Source: an uncultured Faecalibacterium sp.
Lineage (GTDB): Bacteria; Bacillota; Clostridia; Oscillospirales; Ruminococcaceae
Direction of reading: 5' to 3'
Length of the DNA: 62,650 nt
NCBI GenBank assembly: GCA_900765705.1
Contig: CAAFSR010000019.1
Span: 1-62,650, forward strand
Shown: positions 18,875 to 29,800 of the stretch, piece by piece
Layout: each line of letters starts with the position of its first letter
Position numbering within the stretch: position 1 is the stretch's first letter
The notes under the pieces: model-generated
The model's database searches: none
Seen by the model: only the letters and a program-made list of their open reading frames with translations
What the model was told of the DNA's origin: nothing
Translations under genes and position numbers: made by a program

Positions 18875-20272
18875 TTACTCTGCCATATCGTTCTTGGGCA
18901 GCAGGATGTTCAGCAGAATCGCTACAAAGGCGGCCGGAACGATGCCGGACTCGCCGCAGATCAGCTGGAGGGCCTGCGGAGCCTGTGCCAGAATGCCGGC
19001 GTTGGCACCCATGCCGTAGCCCACACCCAGTGCCACGGACACGATGGTCAGGTGGCGCGGGGTCATCTTTTCCTTAGTGATCAGCTGGATGCCGCTGACC
19101 ACGATGGAAGAGAACATCATAACGGCTGCACCGCCCAGAACAGCCTGCGGCATGATGGAGATCAGCGCGCCCAGCTTGGGGATCAGGCCGCAAAGGATCA
19201 GGAACACAGCGCCGGAGGCCAGTGCCATGCGGTTGACCACCTTGGTCATAGCCACCAGACCTACGTTCTGGCTGAAAGAGGTGTTGGGCAGCACGCCGAA
19301 CAGTGCTGCAAAGCTGGAGCCGAGACCGTCGCAGATGACACCGCCGGACAGCTCCTTATCGGAGGGCTCACGGTTCATACCGCCCTCCATCACGCCGGAG
19401 ATATCGCCCACGGTCTCCACTGCGGTAACGATGAACATGATCAGCACCGGCAGGATCGCTCGAGCATCAAATACCACCTTGACCGGCATCAGCTTGGGCA
19501 CCGCAAACCAAGAGGCCTGCGCCACCTTGTTCCAGTTGAGCACCCATGCCTTGGTGAATTCCACACCGTCGGCAGCAACGCCGGTGGTGGGCAGCACCAG
19601 ACCCATGACAAAAGCAGCCACATAGCCTGCCAGAATGCCAATGAGGATGGCAGAGGAGCTGAGGAAACCGGTAGTCCAATGCTTAAAGAACAGGATGACC
19701 ACCAACACGAACAGCGCCAGCAGCAGGTTCTCAATAGAGCCGAAGTCCTTGGCTTTGTTGCCGCCGCCAAAGGAGTTGATACCTACAGAGATCAGCGACA
19801 GACCGATGGAAAGCACCACCGTGCCGGTGACCACCGGCGGGAAGAACTTGCGCAGAGGCTTCAGGAAGAAGCCCAGAACACTTTCAAAGATACCGCCGAT
19901 GATGGATGCACCCATGATCGCGCCATAGGCCAGCACACCGCCGCCCATCGTGCCCACAACGCTGTTGAACACACCGATAAAGCCGGAGCTGGTACCCATA
20001 ATGATAGGCACTGCGCCGCCCACAGGTCCGATGGTGAACAGCTGCACCAGCGTGACGACACCTGCCACGAACATGGCGCTCTGCAGCAGGGTAACCTGCA
20101 GGTCTGCAAACTCGCCGCCCGCAATGCCGCAGGCACTGGTGATGATCAGCAACGGGGTCAGGTTGCCCACGAACATGGCGCAGACATGCTGCAGACCCAG
20201 CGGGATCGCCTGTCGCAGGGACATTTTGGCTTCAAACTGATAAGCCGCTTCTTCAAGCTTGACTTCCTTCAA
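18875..20272 (-). CDS. NCS2 family xanthine/uric acid/uracil permease (start uncertain)
   Basis: GLQHVCAMF, ETVGD and the NCS2 signature SFSQNVGLVAMTKV; many TM helices; TTG start chosen after GAGGAG. Confidence 0.92.
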   Translation of the reverse strand: MKEVKLEEAAYQFEAKMSLRQAIPLGLQHVCAMFVGNLTPLLIITSACGIAGGEFADLQVTLLQSAMFVAGVVTLVQLFTIGPVGGAVPIIMGTSSGFIGVFNSVVGTMGGGVLAYGAIMGASIIGGIFESVLGFFLKPLRKFFPPVVTGTVVLSIGLSLISVGINSFGGGNKAKDFGSIENLLLALFVLVVILFFKHWTTGFLSSSAILIGILAGYVAAFVMGLVLPTTGVAADGVEFTKAWVLNWNKVAQASWFAVPKLMPVKVVFDARAILPVLIMFIVTAVETVGDISGVMEGGMNREPSDKELSGGVICDGLGSSFAALFGVLPNTSFSQNVGLVAMTKVVNRMALASGAVFLILCGLIPKLGALISIMPQAVLGGAAVMMFSSIVVSGIQLITKEKMTPRHLTIVSVALGVGYGMGANAGILAQAPQALQLICGESGIVPAAFVAILLNILLPKNDMAE

Positions 20273-20434
20273 AAATTCCACTCTCCTCAAGGTTTCACAG
20301 TTTTATGCAGTTCGGATGCTTTGCAAAAAAGCGAACATATTATAGCAAAATGCAAATTGGATGTAAAATAAGTATGACTTTAAACATGAAGAAATGCTAC
20401 ATACTGCGCGCAGCAATTTCTCTGAAACACAGAC

Positions 20435-20507
20435 AAAAAAGCAGGGTGCCTGTACGTTTTGTCCAGCCCTTTTGGATGGACAGCATACAGAATCCCCTGC
20501 TTTTTTT
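20435..20507 (-). terminator. Long hairpin terminator after the SDR gene
   Basis: AAAAAAGCAGGG..CTGTA..TGTCCA / TGGACA..TACAG..CCCTGCTTTTTT. Confidence 0.65.
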
Positions 20508-20557
20508 GCGCTTTTCTCTGTTTTTTGTGCGATACGGAAAAATTCATACTTTTGAGG

Positions 20558-21394
20558 TCAGAGCAGCCCGTAATCCCGCAGGCAACGCTCAAGACCCGCC
20601 TGTGTGGTGTCAAATACAATGCCCTGCGCTCTCAGCTTGCTGCAATCCATAGCAAGGTTCCGTGCCCAGTCAGCCTCCTGAATATCGACCGTGATCCCAA
20701 GTGTCTCAGCAAACTGCCGGGCGGTCAGCACCATGTTTTCCGCGTTTTCGCTGCCAAAATTATAGACACCGCCGGGCAGTTTCATGGCAGGCTCCAGCAG
20801 TGTCACTGCCTGTCGGACATAGGTAATGCCCCGGAAATCCCGGGCAGAAAAACGGACAGGCTCTCCCCACTGCGCCGCACGCAATAGGTTCAGCGGCAGA
20901 TTGCCCCGGACGGGCAGTTGATAGCCCGGCAGGTCGTACATCCATGTGGCGCGCAGCAGTATGGCACTTGGGCAAATTGCCTGCACCCGCTGCTCCATTT
21001 CCAGCTTGCCCTGCCCGTACACATTGGCAGGCTGCAGCGGAATATTTTCCGACAGTGGGCCGGACTGCGCCACGCCTGCATAGACCTGATCCGAGCTGAA
21101 AGCCACCAGCTTTGCGCCGATTTCAACTGCAGCCCAAGCCAACCAGACCGGCAGCTCTACATTGGCGCGGTAAGCCTGCGCCGGGTGGTCGGTACAGTAG
21201 CCGGTATCTGATATGGCTGCAGTGTGCAGAATGACATCCGGGTGCTGCCGCAAAACATCCTGCCGCACAGCGTCCTCCCCTGCCACTGCCAGAAAGCCTT
21301 TGGAAAAGGCGCACAGCTCGTAACGCCCCGCCCATTGCTGCATTACGCGGGAGCCCACAAAGCCGCCTGCACCGGTTACAAGAATCTTCTTCAT
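20558..21394 (-). CDS. NAD(P)-dependent epimerase/reductase (RmlD-like extended SDR)
   Basis: ILVTGAGGFVG, SSDQVY and YGQGK (YxxxK) motifs. Confidence 0.88.
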   Translation of the reverse strand: MKKILVTGAGGFVGSRVMQQWAGRYELCAFSKGFLAVAGEDAVRQDVLRQHPDVILHTAAISDTGYCTDHPAQAYRANVELPVWLAWAAVEIGAKLVAFSSDQVYAGVAQSGPLSENIPLQPANVYGQGKLEMEQRVQAICPSAILLRATWMYDLPGYQLPVRGNLPLNLLRAAQWGEPVRFSARDFRGITYVRQAVTLLEPAMKLPGGVYNFGSENAENMVLTARQFAETLGITVDIQEADWARNLAMDCSKLRAQGIVFDTTQAGLERCLRDYGLL

Positions 21395-21417
21395 TCTGCT
21401 TCTCCCGCTATAAAATC

Positions 21418-21723
21418 TCAGATGAAAAATTCCAACACGAACACCACTGCACAGCAGCCCGCAGCCACCTGAAACAGGCTTGCGCCAAACCATGCGGCAG
21501 CAATGCCCACCACCAACGCAACGGCTCCCGCTGCCGGGCTCTGCGTTGCCTGAATGATAGCCGGAAAGGTCATCACGGCCAGGGTCACATAGGGCACATA
21601 ATACAAAAACGACTGAATAAAGCGGTTTTTGATTGGTTTGCGGATCAGTGTCAGCGGTAGGATGCGGATGGCATAGGACACCAGTGCCATGACCGCAATA
21701 TAAATATAGTTGTTATGCGTCAT
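21418..21723 (-). CDS. AzlD family branched-chain amino acid exporter, small subunit
   Basis: YAIRILP...FLYYVPYVTLA; hydrophobic; coupled to azlC. Confidence 0.85.
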   Translation of the reverse strand: MTHNNYIYIAVMALVSYAIRILPLTLIRKPIKNRFIQSFLYYVPYVTLAVMTFPAIIQATQSPAAGAVALVVGIAAAWFGASLFQVAAGCCAVVFVLEFFI

Positions 21724-22489
21724 CTTTGTTTTCCTCCTGTCTGACCGGGAACAACGCCGCTGCTGCGCCGGAGATGGCCACCGTTAAAAGGATGGTGCGG
21801 GTACCCTCGGAAAGCGCCGAGATGCCCGGCAGATAGCTGCACAGAAAGCTCAGCACAAAGCTGATGACTACCAGCACTGCAACGATCCGGTCCTTGCGGG
21901 CCGGCGGGATGATGATGGCCAAAAACATTCCGTACAGCGCCACGCTCAGGGCGCTGACCACACGCAGCGGCAACAGGTTGCCTGCTATGATGCCCAGTGC
22001 CGTACCGGAAGCCCAAGCCGGCGCTGCCAACAGGATAGCGCCATAGGTATAGTACGGGTTCAGGCTGCCCGGGCGAGCGATGGTAATGCCAAACAGCTCG
22101 TCCGTAACATCATAGCCGATAAGCAGCCGATGCCAGAAGGGCGTGTCTGGTGCAAAGCGCTGTGCCAGCGCACAGCTCATCAGCAGATACCGCGCATTTG
22201 CGATCAATGTAATGACTGCCACCTCAAAATAGGTTGCGTTTGCCATGATCAGCGCAAATGCGGCATATTCCCCTGCGGAGGCATTGTTCAGCAGGCTGAC
22301 AAGAAACCCCTGAAATGGCGTAAAGCCCGCCTTACGGGCCGCAATGCCCAGAGAAAACGATACCGCAAAGTAGCCCAGCGCAATGGGCACACCATCCCGC
22401 ATTCCATCGCAGAACACCTTGCGGCTGAACTGATCTGCCCTTGCGTTTTGGACGAGCTGCGGCTCCAAAAGCCTTTGCTTCGATTCCAT
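21713..22489 (-). CDS. AzlC family branched-chain amino acid exporter permease
   Basis: GVPIALGYFAV, NARYLLMS and TDELFG motifs. Confidence 0.88.
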   Translation of the reverse strand: MESKQRLLEPQLVQNARADQFSRKVFCDGMRDGVPIALGYFAVSFSLGIAARKAGFTPFQGFLVSLLNNASAGEYAAFALIMANATYFEVAVITLIANARYLLMSCALAQRFAPDTPFWHRLLIGYDVTDELFGITIARPGSLNPYYTYGAILLAAPAWASGTALGIIAGNLLPLRVVSALSVALYGMFLAIIIPPARKDRIVAVLVVISFVLSFLCSYLPGISALSEGTRTILLTVAISGAAAALFPVRQEENKDDA

Positions 22490-22682
22490 AGTTGATACTT
22501 CCCCTTTCCTCTTTTTGCATACAACAGAATCTATTATACTCCCCTGCTGGCGGAGAAGGAAGAGTTTTCGGGATTTTTCTGCATAAAAACACAGCGTCCA
22601 AAAGGCTTTGGATTTGCGTTTCAAATACACGGATACAGGAAATGCTCTGAACGTTACGGTCTGTTTGATTGCGCCGGAAGAT

Positions 22683-22728
22683 AAAAACACCCCGGAAAGC
22701 TACGCAAAAACATAGCTTTCCGGGGTGT
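22683..22728 (-). terminator. Intrinsic terminator after guaA
   Basis: AACACCCCGGAAAGCTA...TAGCTTTCCGGGGTGTT long perfect stem. Confidence 0.85.
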
Positions 22729-22743
22729 TGGTGCTATTGTAAA

Positions 22744-24294
22744 TTACTCGAGCTCAATGGTTGCAGGCGGCTTACCGGTGCAATCGTAGAACACGCGGTT
22801 GACGTGCTTGACCTCGTTGACGATGCGGCTGGTGACAGTGCCCAGAACATCCCACGGCATATCGTAGCTTTCTGCGGTCATGAAGTCGGTGGTGGTCACG
22901 GCGCGCAGCGCAACAGCGTAATCGTAGGTGCGCTCATCGCCCATAACACCAACGCTGTGCATATTGGTCAAAGCGGCGTAATACTGGCTGATCTCCTTAT
23001 CCAGACCGGCCTTGGCGATCTCCTCGCGCCAGATGGCGTCTGCATCCTGCACGATGGCGACCTTCTCGGGGGTCACCTCGCCGATGATGCGGATACCCAG
23101 ACCGGGGCCGGGGAACGGCTGACGGCTGACCAGATACTCGGGCAGACCCAGCTCGCGGCCGGCCTGACGCACTTCGTCCTTGAACAGGTTGCGCAGAGGC
23201 TCCACCAGCTCCTTGAAGTCCACGGTATCGGGCAGGCCGCCCACGTTGTGGTGGCTCTTAATGACGGTGGACTCGCCGCCCAGACCGCTCTCCACCACGT
23301 CGGGGTAGATGGTGCCCTGTGCAAGGAAATCTACCTTGCCGATCTTTTTGGCCTCTTCCTCGAACACGCGGATGAATTCTTCGCCGATGATCTTGCGCTT
23401 GCGCTCCGGCTCAGTAACGCCCTTCAGCTTGCTGAAGTAGCGGTCGCGGGCGTCCACGCAGATGAAGTTGATATCAAAGCCGTTGGCATTGCCCGGGCCA
23501 AAGACAGAGCATACCTCTTCCTTTTCGTTCTTTCGCAGCAGGCCGTGATCCACGAACACGCAGGTCAGCTGCTTGCCGATGGCCTTGGCCAGCATAGCGG
23601 CCAGTACGGAGGAATCCACGCCGCCGGACAGGGCACACAGTACCTTGCCCTCGCCAATGCGCTCTTGCAGAGCCTTGACGTTGTTCTCTACGAAGGAATC
23701 CATCTTCCAGTCGCCGGAGCAGCCGCAGACATTGTACACGAAGTTGCGCAGCATCTTCTTGCCCTCGGCGGTGTGCAGCACCTCCGGGTGGAACTGCACG
23801 GCGTACAGGCCCTTTTCTGCATTTTCAACGGCTGCCACCGGGCAGTTTGCGGTGTGGGCAGTGATCTGGAAGCCGGGAGCAGCCTGCTCGATGTAGTCGT
23901 TGTGGCTCATCCAGCAGATAGTAGAGGGCTGCACATCGGTAAACAGCTTGCTCTCAGTGTTCACAAACACCTCGGTCTTGCCGTACTCACGCTCGGGCGC
24001 GCGGCAGACATGACCGCCCAGCAGATGCATCATTAGCTGGCTGCCGTAGCAGATGCCCAGCACAGGCACACCCCAGCTGAAAATCTCGGGGTCGATGGTA
24101 GGAGAATCCTCCAGATAAACGCTGTTGGGGCCGCCGGTGAAGATGATGCCCTTGGGATTCTTGGCCTTGATGACCGAAAGATCGGTTTTATAGGAATAGA
24201 TCTCGCAGTAGACATTATTTTCTCGGACGCGGCGGGCAATCAGCTGATTGTACTGGCCGCCAAAGTCCAGCACGATGACAGTTTCATGCTGCAT
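22744..24294 (-). CDS. guaA: GMP synthase (glutamine-hydrolysing)
   Basis: [35 protein letters not shown] and KPPATIE motifs. Confidence 0.98.
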   Translation of the reverse strand: MQHETVIVLDFGGQYNQLIARRVRENNVYCEIYSYKTDLSVIKAKNPKGIIFTGGPNSVYLEDSPTIDPEIFSWGVPVLGICYGSQLMMHLLGGHVCRAPEREYGKTEVFVNTESKLFTDVQPSTICWMSHNDYIEQAAPGFQITAHTANCPVAAVENAEKGLYAVQFHPEVLHTAEGKKMLRNFVYNVCGCSGDWKMDSFVENNVKALQERIGEGKVLCALSGGVDSSVLAAMLAKAIGKQLTCVFVDHGLLRKNEKEEVCSVFGPGNANGFDINFICVDARDRYFSKLKGVTEPERKRKIIGEEFIRVFEEEAKKIGKVDFLAQGTIYPDVVESGLGGESTVIKSHHNVGGLPDTVDFKELVEPLRNLFKDEVRQAGRELGLPEYLVSRQPFPGPGLGIRIIGEVTPEKVAIVQDADAIWREEIAKAGLDKEISQYYAALTNMHSVGVMGDERTYDYAVALRAVTTTDFMTAESYDMPWDVLGTVTSRIVNEVKHVNRVFYDCTGKPPATIELE

Positions 24295-24387
24295 GATGTT
24301 TTCCTCCATTTTTGAGTAGGTTTCTACAGATAATTTTAGTATAGCACATCTCACAACAAAAAGCGACAGTTTTTGTGAAGTTTTCTG

Positions 24388-25023
24388 TTATTCTATTTTG
24401 CGGATGGGATGCCGCAGCACGGTTTTCAGCTTTTCCGGCGCAGTGCGGCGGGGGTCACCCAGATAGATCTCGTGATGGAGCCGCGCGTCTGAAAAATCCG
24501 GGCAATATCCCCGCTCCGCTGCAAATGCGTCCAACTGCCGCAGGGTCGCCGGTTCGGTGTCATAGGAACCGATGTGCATACATTGTACGCACAAGCCTTC
24601 ATCGTAGGTGAAAAACTGTACCTTGGAAAAATCCTTTTTCTTTTTGGCAGTGGCTTCCTGCACGGCCCAATCAAATTCGGCACGGGTGACAAATTCCGGC
24701 AGACGGATCATGGAGGTCCAGATAAAAGACGACTTATCGGCAAAATCAATGCCCTCTGCTCCGGGCTGCTGCCACAGCCCTTCCAGCGGCGGAACGACAT
24801 ATTCAAAATAACCGTCTATCTTATGGCTGCCCTTGTAGCTCATTTTAATGGTAAACGCAATGCCGTACAGCAGCTCCAGCGCTGCCTTGTATTCCCCTGC
24901 CGGGTCGTTGGGGTCGCCTTTGCCCTGCACCGCCACAAAATTCATGGGCGGTACTGTGATGATTTGCGGCTTCTTCGGCGGGAGATAAAATTCTTTGTAC
25001 TCTTTCTTATAGTCAAACGGCAT
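24388..25023 (-). CDS. GyrI-like small-molecule-binding domain protein
   Basis: GKGDPN, VPPLEGLW, HIGSYD and HHEIYLGDPRR motifs. Confidence 0.85.
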   Translation of the reverse strand: MPFDYKKEYKEFYLPPKKPQIITVPPMNFVAVQGKGDPNDPAGEYKAALELLYGIAFTIKMSYKGSHKIDGYFEYVVPPLEGLWQQPGAEGIDFADKSSFIWTSMIRLPEFVTRAEFDWAVQEATAKKKKDFSKVQFFTYDEGLCVQCMHIGSYDTEPATLRQLDAFAAERGYCPDFSDARLHHEIYLGDPRRTAPEKLKTVLRHPIRKIE

Positions 25024-25396
25024 CGTTCTTTTCTCCTTCCAGCAGTTCCCGCTGTTTCTTTTTGCTGAAGCTGCCCAGCACCAGCCGATAAGATTTTTCC
25101 AGCATCTCCCGCAGCAGCGCGTCCGGCACGTTTCCATCTGCTTTTATCGAGTTCCAATGTACCTTATTCATATAGTAACCCGGAATGATATCCTCATACT
25201 GACGGCGCAGAAAATCGCCTTCGGCAGGATCCAGCTTGCAGGTGATATACACCGGCTTTCCCGTGGCATCATCCAGACAGATGGCCGCAAACATTTTGCC
25301 GCCGATGTGATATCTTATCCAGTTCCACTCTGCCTGTAAGTCTTTGGTAACACCAGACTTTTGCAGAAGTTCCGTGTCGATCCAGCTGTATCTCAT
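25013..25396 (-). CDS. MmcQ/YjbR family DNA-binding protein
   Basis: GGKMFA, PGYYMNKVHWNS and SYRLV motifs. Confidence 0.88.
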   Translation of the reverse strand: MRYSWIDTELLQKSGVTKDLQAEWNWIRYHIGGKMFAAICLDDATGKPVYITCKLDPAEGDFLRRQYEDIIPGYYMNKVHWNSIKADGNVPDALLREMLEKSYRLVLGSFSKKKQRELLEGEKNDAV

Positions 25397-25500
25397 GGCG
25401 ATGCCTCCTTTTTTCTCAGTATAACGCACTTAGCGGCATTTGTAAACAAAAAGTTGTTGATATTGACTTATAATACGTCATTTCAGAAAAGTTGCCAGCA

Positions 25501-25542
25501 AAAAGAGCCATCCGCGCAGAAAATCCGAACGGATAGCTCTTG
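25501..25542 (-). terminator. Intrinsic terminator after pfkA
   Basis: AAGAGC-ATCCG...CGGAT-GCTCTT hairpin with a T-tract on the minus strand. Confidence 0.65.
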
Positions 25543-25557
25543 TGTTTGATGCTGAAA

Positions 25558-26532
25558 TCAGATGGAAATAGTGTTGCAGACGTCCACCAGAACGGGGTCG
25601 AGATGCTTGGTCATCTCCAAAGCCTCGTCCACGGGGTAGTCCACCAGCTTTTCGCCCTTCATACCAACGATGCGGTTATACTTGCCCTGCTCCAGCAGGC
25701 AGACAGCCTGATAGCCCATAGCGGATGCGTTCACGCGGTCGCGCAGGGTGGGAGAACCGCCACGCTGCACATGACCCAGAATGGTTGCGCGGGAATCGAT
25801 GCCGGTGCGGGCCTGGATCTCGTTAGCGATCTCCTGTGCATGGCCCACGCCCTCGGCCACAATGATGATAAAGTGACGCTTGCCGGTCTTTTGGGTCTCG
25901 GCGATCTTATCTAGAATGTCGCGCTGCATATCGAATTCCTTTTCGGGCAGCAGCACAGCCATAGCGCCGGAGGCGATGGCAACGTTCAGCGCGATGTAAC
26001 CGGCGTTGCGACCCATGACCTCGACCACACTGCAACGGTCATGGCTCTGGGTAGTGTCGCGCAGTTTGTCGATCATTTCCAGCGCAGTGTTCATTGCGGT
26101 ATCGTAGCCGATGGTGTACTCGGTACAGGCGATATCGTTATCAATGGTGCCGGGCAGGCCGATCATGGGAATACCGCGGTGTGCCAGTGCGCGGGCACCA
26201 CGGTAGGAACCATCGCCGCCAATGACGACCAGTGCATCAATGCCCAGCTCACGGCACTTCTCAGCGCCCTTATCCTGACCTTCCTTGGTCTTGAACTCGA
26301 GGCAGCGGGCCGTATACAGAATAGTGCCGCCGGAAGAGATGATATTAGAAACACTGCGCAGGTTCATTTCAAAGCATTCGCCGTTCAGCAGGCCGTTATA
26401 GCCGCGCTGAATGCCGATCATTCGGAAACCCTTGTGCAGGCCGGTGCGTACCACAGCGCGCACAGCAGCGTTCATGCCGGGAGCATCACCACCGCTTGTC
26501 AGCACGCCAATCGTCTTGATTTGCTTTTCCAT
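25558..26532 (-). CDS. pfkA: 6-phosphofructokinase
   Basis: LTSGGDAPGMN, GGDGS, PGTIDND, EVMGR and LGHVQRGG motifs. Confidence 0.98.
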   Translation of the reverse strand: MEKQIKTIGVLTSGGDAPGMNAAVRAVVRTGLHKGFRMIGIQRGYNGLLNGECFEMNLRSVSNIISSGGTILYTARCLEFKTKEGQDKGAEKCRELGIDALVVIGGDGSYRGARALAHRGIPMIGLPGTIDNDIACTEYTIGYDTAMNTALEMIDKLRDTTQSHDRCSVVEVMGRNAGYIALNVAIASGAMAVLLPEKEFDMQRDILDKIAETQKTGKRHFIIIVAEGVGHAQEIANEIQARTGIDSRATILGHVQRGGSPTLRDRVNASAMGYQAVCLLEQGKYNRIVGMKGEKLVDYPVDEALEMTKHLDPVLVDVCNTISI

Positions 26533-26804
26533 ACGAGAGATTCCCTCCAATTTACAGTTCAGTTCTTCATTTACCCTTTTGCCTGTATCCTCTTCTTCCA
26601 GAAACAGGCCAGTTGCTTTGCAACAGCTTTGATTCGCCTTTAACAATTATAGCACACCCTCAAGACAAATTTCAATAGGGTTTTGCGACTTTATGCAATT
26701 CCATGCAACGTAAGATAACGTCGATATTCCGTTATATTTTTGCCGTTTGCACTGCCCAGAAAATTTAAAATCGCCCTATGCGGTGCCATTCGCGCACAAA
26801 TATG

Positions 26805-29800
26805 TTATTTTGTTGCAACATTCTCTGCACCCAGCAGCCGCTCCAGCTCTTTAAAGAAAAGCGGATGCCCGGAGGTGTACAACCGGCGCGGTGCGGCAAG
26901 CTTCTGCTTGGTGTCCTCCAGATACAAAATCACAGGGATATCACCGTCAAAAATCTCCAGCAGATTCACCACTTTATCATACTGCGGGCAGCTGCGGGAC
27001 GGCAGACGGATAAATACCCGCCGGGCAGCTGTTTTGACAGGGTCCGGACGGCCTTTATCCAAACGGGTCGGGTCGTAGCTGTCGATAGGCAGAATGCTGT
27101 CTGCCAGCAGCTTGGAAGCTTCGTCCTCCCGCACGGAAAGGCGGCCGTCAATGACCACAACGGCGTTTTCCTGAATGGCATCCCGGAACCGGTCCAGCAC
27201 CTTGGGGAACACGATCACTTCCATGGTGCCGGTCAGATCCTCCACGCTGGTAAAGGCCATCATGCTGTTAGACTTGGTGGTCATCATGCGGTTTTTAACC
27301 ACTGCGCACACGATGCGCACCTTTTCGCCGTCCTGCACATGGGCATCCTCGCCGGTAAGGGCTTTGATGGTGTGGGAGCCGATGCGGGCGGATTTTTCGC
27401 GGTAGGCATCCAGCGGGTGGCCGGACAGGTACAGGCCGCTGACCTCTTTTTCCTGCTGCAGCAGCTCGGCAGGGGTGTACTCTGCCAAGGGACGGATCTC
27501 GTAGACGTCCGCCTGCGGGCTTTCCTGCACTTCCCCGCTCATCACGGAGAACAGATCCAGCTGCCCTTCCAGATTGCGGCGGGAGTCGGTCTCGATGCTC
27601 TTGAGAATGCCCTCTACCGCTTCCACCATGCTGTGGCGGTTGGATCCAAAACGGTCGAAAGCGCCGGCTTTGATCAGGCTTTCCACCGCGCGGCGGTTCA
27701 GCTCACTGCCGTGCATCCGCTTGCAAAAATCGTAAAGGCTGGTGTAGGGCTTATTTCTGCGCTCTGTGACCGCGTTCTCAATGAGGTTGCGGCCTACGTT
27801 TTTCACCGCGTTCAGGCCAAAACGGATCTGGCCGTTATCATCGGCGGTAAAGCCGCCGTTGGAGATATTCACATCCGGCGGCAGCACCTTGATGCCCAGA
27901 CGGGCGCACTCGCCGGAATACTCGATGACCTTATCTGTATTGTCCAGTACACTGGTGAGCAATGCTGCCATAAACTGGCTGGGGTAATGGCACTTGAGGT
28001 AGGCGGTCTGGAAAGCTACATAGGCGTAGCAAGCCGCGTGGCTCTTATTGAAGGCGTAGGATGCAAAGCTGGACATCTCGTCGTAGATCTGGTTTGCCAC
28101 CTGCTCCGGAATGCCGTTGGCAACGCAGCCCGGGCATTCGTGACCAGGCTCGGTGCAGCCGTGCACAAAGTGCTCCCGCTCTGCCTCCATGACGGCGTGC
28201 TTCTTTTTGCTCATGGCGCGGCGGACGTTATCTGCCTGCCCGAAGGAGAAGCCTGCCAACTCCCGGAAGATCTGCATGACCTGCTCCTGATAGACGATGC
28301 AGCCGTTGGTCACATCCAGAATGTGCGCCAGCTGCGGGGTCTTGTAGCTGATCTTGTCCGGCTCGTGCCGGTTGCGCAGATAGGTGGGAATAGAGTCCAT
28401 GGGACCCGGGCGGTACAGACTGATTAGAGCAATGACGTCTTCAAGGTTCTGCGGCTGCAAGCCCACAAGCACCTGCTTCATGCCGGAGGATTCCAACTGG
28501 AACACGCCCTCGGTATCGCCCTGACCCAGCATTTTATAGGTATCCGGATCGTCATAGTCCAGATCACGGATGGAGAACGCCGGGTGCTGCTTTTGCACCG
28601 CCGTTTCCGCATCCCGGATGACGGTCAGGGTGCGCAGCCCCAGAAAGTCCATCTTCAAAAGACCCAGTTCCTCGATCTCGGTCATGTTGAACTGGGTCAC
28701 CGGCAGGCCGTCGTTGGTAGCCAGCGGCAGATAATAATCCGTAGGCTCCGGTGTAATAACTACGCCCGCCGCGTGGGTGGAGGCGTGGCGGGGCATACCC
28801 TCCACCTTCAGTGCGGTGTCGATGAGCTCGGTCACCTGCGGGTCGGTATCGTAGAGCTTTTTCAGCTCGCCGGAAACCTCCAATGCCCGCTTGAGGGTCA
28901 TCTTCAGCTCCATGGGCACAAGCTTTGCCACTACATCCACTTGCTGGTACGGGATGCCCATGACACGGCCCACATCCCGGATGGCATTGCGGGCGGCCAT
29001 GGTACCAAAAGTGACGATCTGCGCCACATGGTCCGCACCGTATTTGCGGTTGACGTAGTCGATGACCTCCTGCCGGCGTTCGTAGCAAAAGTCCACATCG
29101 AAATCCGGCATACTGACGCGCTCGGGGTTCAAAAAGCGTTCGAAGATCAGGTTATAGCGGATGGGGTCGATATCCGTGATTCCCACGCAGTAGGCGGCAA
29201 TACTGCCCGCGCCGGAGCCACGCCCCGGCCCCACCGGGATGCCCTGACTTTTTGCAAAATTGATGTAGTCCCACACGATGAGGTAGTAGTTGGTATACCC
29301 CATGGTCTTGACCACACCGATCTCGTATTTCAGGCGGTCGATGTTGGCCTGCGGCACATCCGGGCCATAGCGGCGCTCCAAGCCGTCCCAACAGAGTTTT
29401 TCAAAGTAGGCCTGATTGTCCATGCCGTCCGGAGCTTTATAGTATGGGATCTTGGTGTGGCCGAAATCAAAATCAAAATTGCACTGCTCGGCGATTTTTG
29501 CCGTGTTGGCGCAGGCCTCCGGCACCATGGAGAACAGCTCGTACATCTCGTCTGTGGTCTTGACGTAGAATTCATCAGTCTGGAACTCCATGCGGTCGGC
29601 GTCCTGAATGGTCTTGCCGGTCTGGATGCACAGCAGGATGCTCTGCATCTTGGCATCCTCTTTGCGCAGATAGTGGGCATCGTTGGTAGCTGCCATGGGG
29701 ATACCCGTTTCACGCGAAAGCTTGATCAGCTGCGGCAGAACGGTGGTATCTTCCTTCAGGCCATGGTCCTGCAGCTCGATGTAGTAATTCTCTGCACCAA

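Noticed and set aside
24310..24335. GTTTCTAC upstream of guaA, like a purine riboswitch core
   Set aside because: It lies on the strand opposite guaA transcription, lacks the P1-P3 stems, and the leader after the promoter is too short
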